NCBI GenBank assembly: GCA_051532055.1 | Contig: JAOPTX010000035.1 | Location: 55,279 to 81,330 of the forward strand | DNA length: 26,052 bases | Direction of reading: 5' to 3' | Source: Fibrobacterales bacterium | GTDB taxonomy: Bacteria > Fibrobacterota > Fibrobacteria > Fibrobacterales > JAOPTW01 | Part shown: positions 1 through 8,700 of the stretch, in pieces | Position numbering within the stretch: position 1 is the first letter of the stretch | Layout of the letters: every line of letters starts with the position of its first letter | Notes under the pieces: generated by a model | The model's input: only the letters and a program-made list of their open reading frames with translations | Database searches by the model: none | What the model was told of the DNA's origin: nothing | Made by a program: the position numbers and the translations under genes

Positions 1-46
1 GTGGCCGTTCTATGTTTTAATAAAGGTCTTAATGGGTTGTTACTGT

Positions 47-898
47 TTATTTTCGGGCTTCGAATGCCCAGCAACGAATGTCATTTCGTTTGAGCATGCG
101 TTGTATAAGCCGTTGATACCATTTTTCAGTCTCTTCAAAGAGTGCACGTGATCGGCCAGTGTAACAGCTGCTATTGAGTTTACGTTGAAGAAACATGATA
201 ACTGTTTTACTGTGATGACCAAGCATGGCTGCAACAAGAGGAGACTCCCCGTCGCGTTTTTTGAAATTAGAATCAAGCCCTTTTTCAATGAGGAATTCAA
301 CTAAAGAGACGTCGCCGAGTACTGTTGTGTCATTGAGTGCATTTTGAGAAAGTGAGTTTATGAAGTCAAGATAGCCAGGTTGATCTAAGAGGAGGTTGAT
401 AATTGCGGTATCTTTTTTGGATACGGCATGCGCAAAAGGTCCATAGCCTTCAATAGTACATCCTTTCTTAAGGACCTTTAAAACACGATCAACATTGCCG
501 CTTGCAAGTGCGGGCTCTAAATATTGCTTAGAATACGATTCTAGATGACCTTTTTGTACAGGGTACGTGTCATCAAGGGGGAATGCCGTATTGCTTCCGA
601 GGTTAACTGAGTCAAAGCTCCAGACAACAGAATCGGTAATAGAAATAAGTCCAATTGGTCTTCTCTCATTACTATTTGTTGAGTTGTCTTTAAAAATTAA
701 ATATCCTGGCCCATCATTAATACTGCCAAAAAAGGCGCCAATTACAGGGTATTGATATATCTCGATGGTGTAGTTGCCATCCGGGCTCATGTGAGAAGAG
801 TGTTTCACTGCAAAATAGCTGATGGCAAAGTAAAATATACCAAAGCAGATAAGTACAATGAAAAGGAGTGCAATAGGAGAGGTAAGCAATTTTCTCAT
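47..898 (-). CDS. Membrane-anchored ankyrin-repeat protein (283 aa)
   Basis: N-terminal hydrophobic helix (IALLFIVLICFGIFYFAISYF). The C-terminal half has ankyrin-like motifs: PALASGNVDRVLKVLKKG, PFAHAVSKKDTAIINLLL, GDVSLVEFLIEKGLDSNFKKRDGESPLVAA. Confidence 0.75.
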   Translation of the reverse strand: MRKLLTSPIALLFIVLICFGIFYFAISYFAVKHSSHMSPDGNYTIEIYQYPVIGAFFGSINDGPGYLIFKDNSTNSNERRPIGLISITDSVVWSFDSVNLGSNTAFPLDDTYPVQKGHLESYSKQYLEPALASGNVDRVLKVLKKGCTIEGYGPFAHAVSKKDTAIINLLLDQPGYLDFINSLSQNALNDTTVLGDVSLVEFLIEKGLDSNFKKRDGESPLVAAMLGHHSKTVIMFLQRKLNSSCYTGRSRALFEETEKWYQRLIQRMLKRNDIRCWAFEARK

Positions 899-1152
899 AG
901 GGTCACTTCTGGTTGATTGGGTTTACAATTAGACAAAATATAGTTCAATATGAGCTTCAAGGCAGCTGGAAAAATTAATATCAAATTCTTCAAGGCTTAT
1001 TTGTTTAAAAATGATGCTCCTTGTCTGATTTCAATTAATAATTTGATGGAATCTGTTTCGAAAAGGGCCAAAAATAGGTATATTCGATGATGCATAACAT
1101 TCAATATTACCATTTGTAAGTTTGGGGACAGGAGTGTCCACGAGGAAGGCTG

Positions 1153-1170
1153 TGTAAAGTTGACTTTACA
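1153..1170. promoter_or_regulatory. Palindromic box TGTAAAGT-TG-ACTTTACA (TGTAAA-N6-TTTACA) upstream of the GH3 lipoprotein gene
   Basis: Perfect 8-bp inverted repeat. The same motif recurs at 4102, 5629 and 10997. A -10-like TACATT lies at 1193-1198. Confidence 0.7.
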
Positions 1171-1335
1171 TTGTTATTCGTGTCACTAATTATACATTAT
1201 AGGGGCTGCACAGCATTAGAGTGAGGGACTGATTGGTTTGGGAACTATATCAGATAATATCTCAGTTCTGAAGCAATGCCATCTGCTATAGAGAGTCACA
1301 CCCTCTGGCAGGCTTACAATAACGAGGAGATTACA

Positions 1336-3945
1336 ATGAAACGTTTAAACGTACGGCACATCCTGCCGTTTTTAATGATTATACTTTTAGTAGGAGCTTG
1401 TGCTACAGAGAATCCTACAGAAAACGAAGAGAGTAGTTCAACTGAAAGCTCGGGTGAAGTCACTTCCAGTGATTTGGGAAGCTCTACTCCAGAAAGTAGT
1501 TCAGACTTCTCTATTGATTCAAGCGATGATGAAAAAGGTACGTCTTCGGGAGAATCTTCAGGAGAGGGTGAGTCAAGTGAGGTTGAGTCGTCATCGAGTG
1601 GTGATAGTTCATCTGAAATGGCGTCAAGCTCTGAAGATGTTACCCCTTTTAGCGAAGAGGAAGCTCTTGAAGAATATCCGGTTCTTGATAAAGCTGGGAC
1701 TCCTATTTCAAAATCGAGCGATGCAATTAAAGGTGCATCTGAGACTGTTACTGATGGATTGCCAACAGATGATATTTCTGAAGGTGTCTCAGTTGATGGA
1801 GGGGGGACTCTTGAGTTTAGACTTAATGATGAAGGAAACCGTCCTATTTGTCGACTCAGCGGTGTTCGTCTTTGGATAAAAGGTGGCGCCTCAGAAAATG
1901 CAGAAATTACTATACATGCTGGCTCAACAAGTGCAACAACTGCACTTGAAGTGACCGATAAGTGGCAGCGCCTCTTTGTAAACTTCCCGTTTGGTGAAGG
2001 TGAGGTGAATGGCAATGAAACAGATAAACTCTCTATTACTGCTGGTGATGAGATGGTAACTGTTGCTGATATTAGTTTGGTAGTGTTAGATGGTGAGCCG
2101 ATTTTTAGCTGCCCGAGTGTATTAAAAGAAATTAAGATAGAGTCTGAAGATGATATCCGTACTCTTATTGGAAAACTAACTGATGAAGAAAAGGCTGCAC
2201 AAATTTGTATGGCAGGCTGGAAAGCTGAGACTGCAAGTGATTGGGTAGGGCAGGGGCTCGGGAGTTATCTTGATAATGACCGCGACGTATCAACCTTTAT
2301 CACTAATTACAATAATTATCAACAGGATGTTATAGATAATGGTGGAATTCCTCCGATGCACTCTGCGGATGCAGTACATGGCCATAACTATATGCCGAAT
2401 GCAGTTATTTTCCCTCACAATATTGGTATGGGTGCAACACGTAATCCAGCATTAGTAGAACGCGTCGCTGAAGTGATTTCAACTGAACTTGCAGCGACAG
2501 GGATACGTTGGAATCTTTCGCCTACTGTAGCTGTTGCTCGTGATGAACGTTGGGGCCGCATGTATGAATCATTTGGTGAAACTCCTGAAATAGTTTCTCC
2601 CCTCGCGGCGGCCTATGTAAGAGGGATGCAGAAATCAGGTAAAATTGCTGCAACCTGCAAACATTTCGTAGCAGACGGTGGAACGACTGGATGGGATCAA
2701 GGCATAGCGCCAGATGATACCAAATACCCTATAGACCGTGGAGATGTTGATCTTGATCCAGCAGTTATTAAAGAAATTCACCTTCCTCCTTATAAGGCCT
2801 CAATTGATGCTGGTGCACTTTCAATCATGGCTGCATATAACACGATACAGGGTGATAAAATTCATGGGAGCAAATATTGGTTGACCGATGTACTTAAAGG
2901 TGAATTAGGCTTCAAAGGTGTACTTGTTTCTGATTGGAATGGAATGTGGCTTATAGAAGAAGATCGCTACGGTGCCGTCGTTAAAGGGCTCAATGCGGGA
3001 CTTGATGTGTTAATGGCTCCTTTTGATGTTTTCTCATCAAATGAGGGTAGTGCACTTTATGATGATGTGCTTAAGGCGATTAAAGCTGGGGATGTCTCTG
3101 ACGAACGTATAGAAGACGCCCTCTTTCGTCAATTGTGGGTAAAATGGAAAGTCGGTCTCTTTAATGATCCTCGTGCAGAAGAAAATGCTGCATCAGTTAT
3201 TGGGTCAGCAACTCACCGTGAAATTGGCCGTCAGGCAGTGCGTGAGTCTATGGTTCTTCTTAAAAATGATAAGGCAAATTCAGGATTTACTCCAGTACCG
3301 GTTCGTACATTACCATTAAAAAAAGAAGGACAGAAAATTGTTGTGGGTGGTTCTCATGCAAATAATGCCGGCCTTCAATCTGGTGGATGGTCTATTGAAT
3401 GGCAGGGGCCAAATCCGGATAATGCTAACTACGCAGGTGCTACAACAATACTCGATGGTATGAAAGAATTTTCGAATGAAATAGTCTTTGATGAAACGGG
3501 TGATAACTTTCAGGATGATGCTGATATAGCGGTAATCTTTGTGGGTGAAATGCCATATGCAGAAGGCGTTGGTGATCGTCCTGCAGGAGAGCTTACACTT
3601 GATAATGTTGAGATTATTCCTCCTTGGGATTATATTAAGGCGATTAAACCAGGAGATCAGCAAGCGCTCATGAAAAGATATGCTGAAGCGGGAATTCCTG
3701 TGGTTATGGTTTTAGTAACCGGTAGACCTCTCGTTGTTACCAATGAAATTGATCAAGCGGCTGCTTTCATGGTAGCATGGCTTCCAGGGTCAGAGGGTGC
3801 TGGCGTTGCTGATGTACTCTTTGGTGAGTATAAGCCTACGGGGAAATTACCTCAGACATGGCCGGCGTCAGTTGATCAAATTCCTATTAATGAGGGCGAT
3901 GGCCAGACTCCACTCTATGAATTGGGTGCGGGATTGACATTCTAA
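1336..3945 (+). CDS. GH3 beta-glucosidase / exo-beta-glucanase, lipoprotein with Ser/Glu-rich linker
   Basis: RBS GAGGAG at 1324-1329 favours ATG 1336 over 1276. Lipobox LVGAC, then a Ser-rich linker. GH3 motifs: DAVHG, FPHNIGMGA, RDERWGR, KHFVADGG, nucleophile SDW, acid/base region GEMPYAEGVGD, AWLPGSEG. Resembles barley ExoI-type GH3. Confidence 0.93.
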   Translation: MKRLNVRHILPFLMIILLVGACATENPTENEESSSTESSGEVTSSDLGSSTPESSSDFSIDSSDDEKGTSSGESSGEGESSEVESSSSGDSSSEMASSSEDVTPFSEEEALEEYPVLDKAGTPISKSSDAIKGASETVTDGLPTDDISEGVSVDGGGTLEFRLNDEGNRPICRLSGVRLWIKGGASENAEITIHAGSTSATTALEVTDKWQRLFVNFPFGEGEVNGNETDKLSITAGDEMVTVADISLVVLDGEPIFSCPSVLKEIKIESEDDIRTLIGKLTDEEKAAQICMAGWKAETASDWVGQGLGSYLDNDRDVSTFITNYNNYQQDVIDNGGIPPMHSADAVHGHNYMPNAVIFPHNIGMGATRNPALVERVAEVISTELAATGIRWNLSPTVAVARDERWGRMYESFGETPEIVSPLAAAYVRGMQKSGKIAATCKHFVADGGTTGWDQGIAPDDTKYPIDRGDVDLDPAVIKEIHLPPYKASIDAGALSIMAAYNTIQGDKIHGSKYWLTDVLKGELGFKGVLVSDWNGMWLIEEDRYGAVVKGLNAGLDVLMAPFDVFSSNEGSALYDDVLKAIKAGDVSDERIEDALFRQLWVKWKVGLFNDPRAEENAASVIGSATHREIGRQAVRESMVLLKNDKANSGFTPVPVRTLPLKKEGQKIVVGGSHANNAGLQSGGWSIEWQGPNPDNANYAGATTILDGMKEFSNEIVFDETGDNFQDDADIAVIFVGEMPYAEGVGDRPAGELTLDNVEIIPPWDYIKAIKPGDQQALMKRYAEAGIPVVMVLVTGRPLVVTNEIDQAAAFMVAWLPGSEGAGVADVLFGEYKPTGKLPQTWPASVDQIPINEGDGQTPLYELGAGLTF

Positions 3946-3969
3946 GCAATTAAGTATCGTTGTATTGTT

Positions 3970-3997
3970 AAAGAGGGGCTTGGGCCTCTCTTTTTTT
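3970..3997 (+). terminator. Intrinsic terminator of the GH3 lipoprotein gene
   Basis: AAAGAGGGGC-TTGG-GCCTCTCTTT stem (one G-U) followed by a T-run, about 25 nt after the stop. Confidence 0.85.
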
Positions 3998-4101
3998 ATT
4001 TGCCCACATATTGTGTATTTTTTACACTAATATAATTGTGTTTTACAGGCTGTAGTGGAGTAAGTGGTTGTTTTTGTGTAAAAATTGTGTAAAGTCCTCA
4101 T

Positions 4102-4119
4102 TGTAAACTGTAGTTTACG
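4102..4119. promoter_or_regulatory. Palindromic box TGTAAA-CTGTAG-TTTACG upstream of the 4210 gene
   Basis: One mismatch to TGTAAA-N6-TTTACA. Extra TGTAAA half-sites at 4077 and 4088. -10-like TAGTTT at 4142-4147. Confidence 0.65.
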
Positions 4120-4209
4120 TGACCTTAGTGTATTAAGTACTTAGTTTTAGTATGTTGATATGATGCTAAAGTATTGTGTCAACAGGACTATTTAGCGCTG
4201 GGGGGCGAT

Positions 4210-4641
4210 ATGATAGAGTCAGTACAACAGAATCAGTTAAGTGTTGGGGTACTTGCTGGGGGGGTTCTAATAGCATGTACAGCACTATTTACCATAAATA
4301 TTTTTGCAGTGCAGAGTAACGTTCATTTTGGACAACTTTTTGCTGATGGGGCTATGGATAGAGAAGAGGCTACGCAGTCATTGCTCATGGTTGGTACAAT
4401 TGCTGAGACTGCTGCAGGAACGGTAGAGGTTGATTTTTTGCAGCAACAATCAGGTGCTGTTGAATTGATAATTTATACTATGACGGGCAAGCAGGTGTAT
4501 GCACAATATTTTCATAACAAATTGAAAGGGGTTGTCGTTCGGCATAAAATAACAGGACTTAAATCAGGAGTTTATGCAGCATATATTCGAAGTCCGCAAA
4601 ATGACATCCTCAAACGAGCATTTTTTGGTATAACTCAATAG
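4210..4641 (+). CDS. Small protein (143 aa): N-terminal hydrophobic helix plus T9SS type-A sorting-domain-like C-terminus
   Basis: G-rich RBS just before ATG 4210. Hydrophobic segment VGVLAGGVLIACTALFTINIFAV. The C-terminus VELIIYTMTGKQV...ITGLKSGVYAAYI matches the CTD pattern IYxxxG+xV...LxxGxY. Confidence 0.7.
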   Translation: MIESVQQNQLSVGVLAGGVLIACTALFTINIFAVQSNVHFGQLFADGAMDREEATQSLLMVGTIAETAAGTVEVDFLQQQSGAVELIIYTMTGKQVYAQYFHNKLKGVVVRHKITGLKSGVYAAYIRSPQNDILKRAFFGITQ

Positions 4642-4680
4642 AGCCTTATGGGTTTTAGACGTTTTCTATAATAATTTTGG

Positions 4681-4716
4681 TGTCTGGTTACTCTTTTGGA
4701 GTACCAGATGTTTTTT
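4681..4716 (+). terminator. Intrinsic terminator of the 4210-4641 gene
   Basis: TGTCTGG-(T)-TACTC...GAGTA-CCAGATG hairpin followed by TTTTTT. Confidence 0.65.
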
Positions 4717-4950
4717 ATACCCTTTCATATCATGGGTTTCTCGTAACACATTGGAGCGCACCTTCTTCCTTTTCTAGGCGAATCAACGAAGGAATAACAG
4801 TTTGTTTCTGTGGTTATTTTATGGAGTCGTCCATAATGATTACTGTAGTATACGTCAATATGAGTGGTGCTGGGCGCTCACAAACTGTGAGCACTTATCA
4901 GTGGGGTTTTATATAGAATATAGAACAGGTTATGAGAATCGGTTATATTA

Positions 4951-5039
4951 TAGGTATTACTTCAGGGAAGCGTATCTCTACTCTATATTTGATACTTATC
5001 CTGCTTCATACTTCGATGCGCTTTCCTGAATGATATTTG
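4951..5039 (+). other. Long imperfect hairpin, candidate structured RNA
   Basis: TTCAGGGAAGCGTATC (4961-4976) pairs with GATGCGCTTTCCTGAA (5015-5030) over 16 bp with 2 G-U. The stem extends outward about 9 bp more. All non-Watson-Crick pairs are G-U only on the + strand. Confidence 0.45.
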
Positions 5040-5044
5040 CCTGA

Positions 5045-5551
5045 TCAGGCTGAACATGAATTATCACTCACACACCATTCGCTATCATACACTTTAAGAA
5101 GATAATGATCTTGTGATTTACAGGGTGATTGTGCAATTCTGAATCGACGTTTCTCTTTTGCTATATGGGCTTTATGGAGTCTTTCTTCCCATTGTTTGGG
5201 GACTCTGAGTCTATGACCATTGTAGTAGTAGTAATAAGTCTGTTTTACATCAATAACGCATGTGTGTTCAATAGTGCCTTCAGTATCGAGTATGTTAAAG
5301 GCGGTAATTTTGGTGTGAAAGAGGCTTTGTCCTGTATAGTAAGTAAGAGTTAGAAGAGTGATTAATAGCCCAACTCCTGTAAGGCCTAAGAGAGAAAAAG
5401 TGTTATCACTGTAGTCATGTGAAATAAAAAAAGTGAGCGCTATGGTGAATATGCTTAATAAAGAGAGAGAGACAATGATTTTAACTTTCTTTTTTAGAAG
5501 TTCACGGTGTAAGTAGTGCTTTTCGTAGGTTAAAAGTTTTTTTTGAGCCAT
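5045..5551 (-). CDS. Hypothetical membrane protein (168 aa, two TM helices plus soluble C-terminal domain)
   Basis: Open ORF with GGGGA RBS upstream. Two hydrophobic segments (IIVSLSLLSIFTIALTFFI; LLGLTGVGLLITLLTLTYY). Confidence 0.7.
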   Translation of the reverse strand: MAQKKLLTYEKHYLHRELLKKKVKIIVSLSLLSIFTIALTFFISHDYSDNTFSLLGLTGVGLLITLLTLTYYTGQSLFHTKITAFNILDTEGTIEHTCVIDVKQTYYYYYNGHRLRVPKQWEERLHKAHIAKEKRRFRIAQSPCKSQDHYLLKVYDSEWCVSDNSCSA

Positions 5552-5628
5552 ATGTTCCCCAATATAGAGCAGTGTGCCGTGTGTATAATATATACTGGAA
5601 ACAGTATGCCCTTGTAAAAAGGATTAAT

Positions 5629-5646
5629 TGTAAAGCTAAATTTACA
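5629..5646. promoter_or_regulatory. Palindromic box TGTAAA-GCTAAA-TTTACA upstream of the 5551(-) gene
   Basis: Exact TGTAAA-N6-TTTACA. Extra half-site at 5613. Minus-strand -10-like TACTGT at 5601-5606. Confidence 0.7.
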
Positions 5647-5687
5647 CTAAGGACCTGTTTATGGGTAAATGCCCTTTGTTATATGCG

Positions 5688-5721
5688 AAAAAAAAGCGCC
5701 CCCTCTTTTGGAGGGGGCGCT
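5688..5721 (-). terminator. Intrinsic terminator of the large GH3 gene
   Basis: Perfect 10-bp GC stem GCGCCCCCTC/GAGGGGGCGC. The A-run at 5688-5695 is the U-tract on the minus strand. Confidence 0.9.
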
Positions 5722-5743
5722 CATAAATGATATATTGTAAGAT

Positions 5744-8700
5744 TTAGTAGGTGAGACCAAATCCGTATTGAAATTTTGGTGTCTGTCCATCGCCAACATT
5801 AATGGGGATCTGGCTATAGCTATTTGGCCAACTATGAGGAAGTGTTCCAGAGAAGTTATAGTCTCCAAAGAGCACTTCAGCTATTCCAAGACCTTCAGAT
5901 CCGGGGAGCCATGCAGCAATAAAGGCATCTGATGCATTGTATTCTGGATTAATGATCATAGGACGACCTGAAAGAAGAACGGTCACAATTCTCTTACCTG
6001 AGTTAGCAACTTTTCCAACGAGATCAGCATGAGGGTTTTGTGAGAGGTATACTGAAGAGCTTCCATAAGTGTGATCACCTTGGCTCTCTGCATAGGGTGA
6101 TTCACCTACAACAACGACGACAACGTCAGCATCTGCAAGGTTATTACCGTATTCATCATACCATACGTTGTTACCGAGTTGATTCATACCATCATAGATA
6201 GAAGTACCAATTATATTGTGGTCGATATCACCTTGCCAATCTATGGTCCATCCTCCACTTTGAGCACCAATTTTACTTGCCCATGGGCCTACCACTACAA
6301 CTTTCTCATTTTTACTTAGAGGAAGTGCATTGTTCTCATTTTTGAGGAGTACGAGTGATTCTCTTACCGCTTGACGAGCAAGATCTCTATGTGCCGCACT
6401 ACCTACTTGTGAATGAAGTTCACGCTTAACCCATGGGTTTTCAAAAAGATCCAAACGATACTTCATTAAAAGTATGCGTTTAACAGCATCATTAATTCTG
6501 TTGGTAGAGACCCAACCGTTACTATGGGCTTGTAAGAGTGCACTTCTAAAGGTTTTCCACGCAGACGGGACCATAACCATGTCAATGCCGGCATTAATGC
6601 CGTCAGCAACAGTCCAAGCAGTGTAGCCATCGCCTGCACGAGCAATGCCATCCCAGTCAGAGAGTACGACACCCTTAAATCCGAGTTCACCTTTTAATAC
6701 ATCATTGATGAGGTAGCCATCAAGGTGTGTTGGGCGCTCGTCTCCATTTTCTGTATTGTGCCAGCTTGAATAGCTGACCATTACTGACGCAACATCAATA
6801 TCTACAGCAGATTCGTAGGGAGGGAGGTGGATTGAGCGGAGCTCAGCATCATTGAGATATAAAACACCAGGATTGATAAGGCCTCCTGGTGCGCTGCCCC
6901 AAGCGGTACCGCCATCACCAACATAATGTTTAATAGAAGGGGCCATGTCTATTTGCCAGTCTCCATCATCGCCTTGCATACCGAGAATTTGCATATCTCC
7001 CATAACTGAGTTAATATCAGGAGTTTCGCCAAAGCCTTCATTGGTTCGTCCCCAACGTTCGTCGCGTACAACGGCAACGCAAGGTGCAAAATTCCACGGG
7101 ACACCAGCTGCTAGACCTTCGGTTTTGGTAATGCGACCCATTTCATACACAAGATCAGGATTGTTTGTTGCACCAAGGCCAATATTGTGTGGGAGTACTG
7201 TTGCACCATAGAGTTTTGCGTGGCCGTGAACCATGTCTGCAGCAAAAACCATTGGAATGCCTAGTCGTGAATGAGTTGCAGCATCTTGAGCGCCATCAAT
7301 AGCATCAGACCAGTCAGTAATGGTATTGTTGCCAGGGACCCAGCTACCACCGCCAAGAATTGAGCCAATACCGTAATCTCTGATCTCTGAATATGAGGCA
7401 GAAGGATACTCAACTTGAATCATCTGTCCAATTTTCTCTTCAAGGGTCATTTGAGCAATAAGCGCATCTGCCTGAACTTCGTAAGGATTAACATCAGAAA
7501 TTTCGATAAGGTCATTTTTAGTGATAACAACAGTTTCACCCTGTACATTAGTAATGGTGAGTGAGATTGAATAGACACCATTTGTGCTATAGGTATGGAG
7601 TGGGTTCTGAGTTGTAGAAGTGGTACCATCACCAAAATCCCAATTCCAACCGATTGTTTTGTCAGATGAATTGTCTGTAAATTGAACTGCAAGTGGTGCA
7701 GAGCCAAATTTAGTATCGACTGAAAAGTTTCCATAAAAAATATCTGCGGTTTTATAAACACGAAATCCACTAATTTTGGGTTGATCAACTGAAGCGTTGT
7801 GAAATTCAATAGAGAGAGTGCCATCAGTAACGGGGATGTCTTCAACAATAATATCATATCGAGTGAGTGTGCCAACCTCATTAACGATATCGAGGTTGTT
7901 GATCACCGTTGTTCCCTCTGCGCTAATATCAAATACACGTTTGTTTGATGTTGTCCAGTAGGTTTCTGCAAAGTGAAACTCAATACGGTATTCACCAGAC
8001 ACAGCAGGGATATCGTAACTTGACGCTCCCCAGCGCTCTGATTGATAGAGTATGTCATTTGTCGTTCCAGAGATTGATTTGGTGGTAGATGCCGTTTTAC
8101 CGCCACTATAATTGTTATCTGATTCGTACACAATACCGTTGTCATCAGTAAAGAGTGAGCCACCTGCATTTACTGCAAAGATGAGTTCTTCAATAACTTC
8201 CTCTTCAATAGTAATCACTACCTGATCTACTTGAGAATTAAGATCTCCATCAGAAACCATAAGATCAAAAACATAGGTTCCAATATCTGAAGGGGTAAAT
8301 GTAGGGTTAATTACTGCAAAATCACTGAGAGCTATCGTAGGACCACTTGCTTGGCTCCAAGTGTACGTAATCGGTTGCGGCCGGGAGTCTGGATCATTTG
8401 AGTTGCTTCCATCTAATGTAATGAGGTTTTGGGGATACGCATACTGGTCCGCTCCTGCATCAGCAAAAGGGGCCTGATTGGGAATCTCACTAAATAATGC
8501 GCTCACTTCTAAGTTATTTCCTATGGTAATAGTCTGTGATAGAGTTGAGCCTGAAAGGGCACCTCCCCAGCTGTCAAGCTGCCAATAGGTATCGGGCTCA
8601 GCGGTGATGGTAACCGTTGTGCCTTCATTATATGTGCCTCCAGTAGGAGATAGGCTAATGGTTCCTGAACCAGTAGAAGCCGTGGTAATGGTATACGTAG

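Noticed and set aside
1276..1335. ORF-track start of the GH3 at 1276
   Set aside because: ATG 1336 has a GAGGAG RBS and yields a proper lipoprotein signal peptide.
900..1335. Sigma54 (-24/-12) promoter that would fit an enhancer-binding regulator
   Set aside because: No TGGCAC-N5-TTGC-like site with GG-N10-GC spacing was found by eye here or upstream of the large GH3.
1314..2015. 233-aa minus-strand and 159-aa plus-strand ORFs overlapping the GH3 5' region
   Set aside because: Shadow frames of a low-complexity Ser/Glu linker, with no recognisable motifs.
4677..5029. 79-aa and 75-aa plus-strand ORFs in the intergenic gap
   Set aside because: TTG starts without an RBS, the first runs through a terminator, and neither has protein-like motifs.
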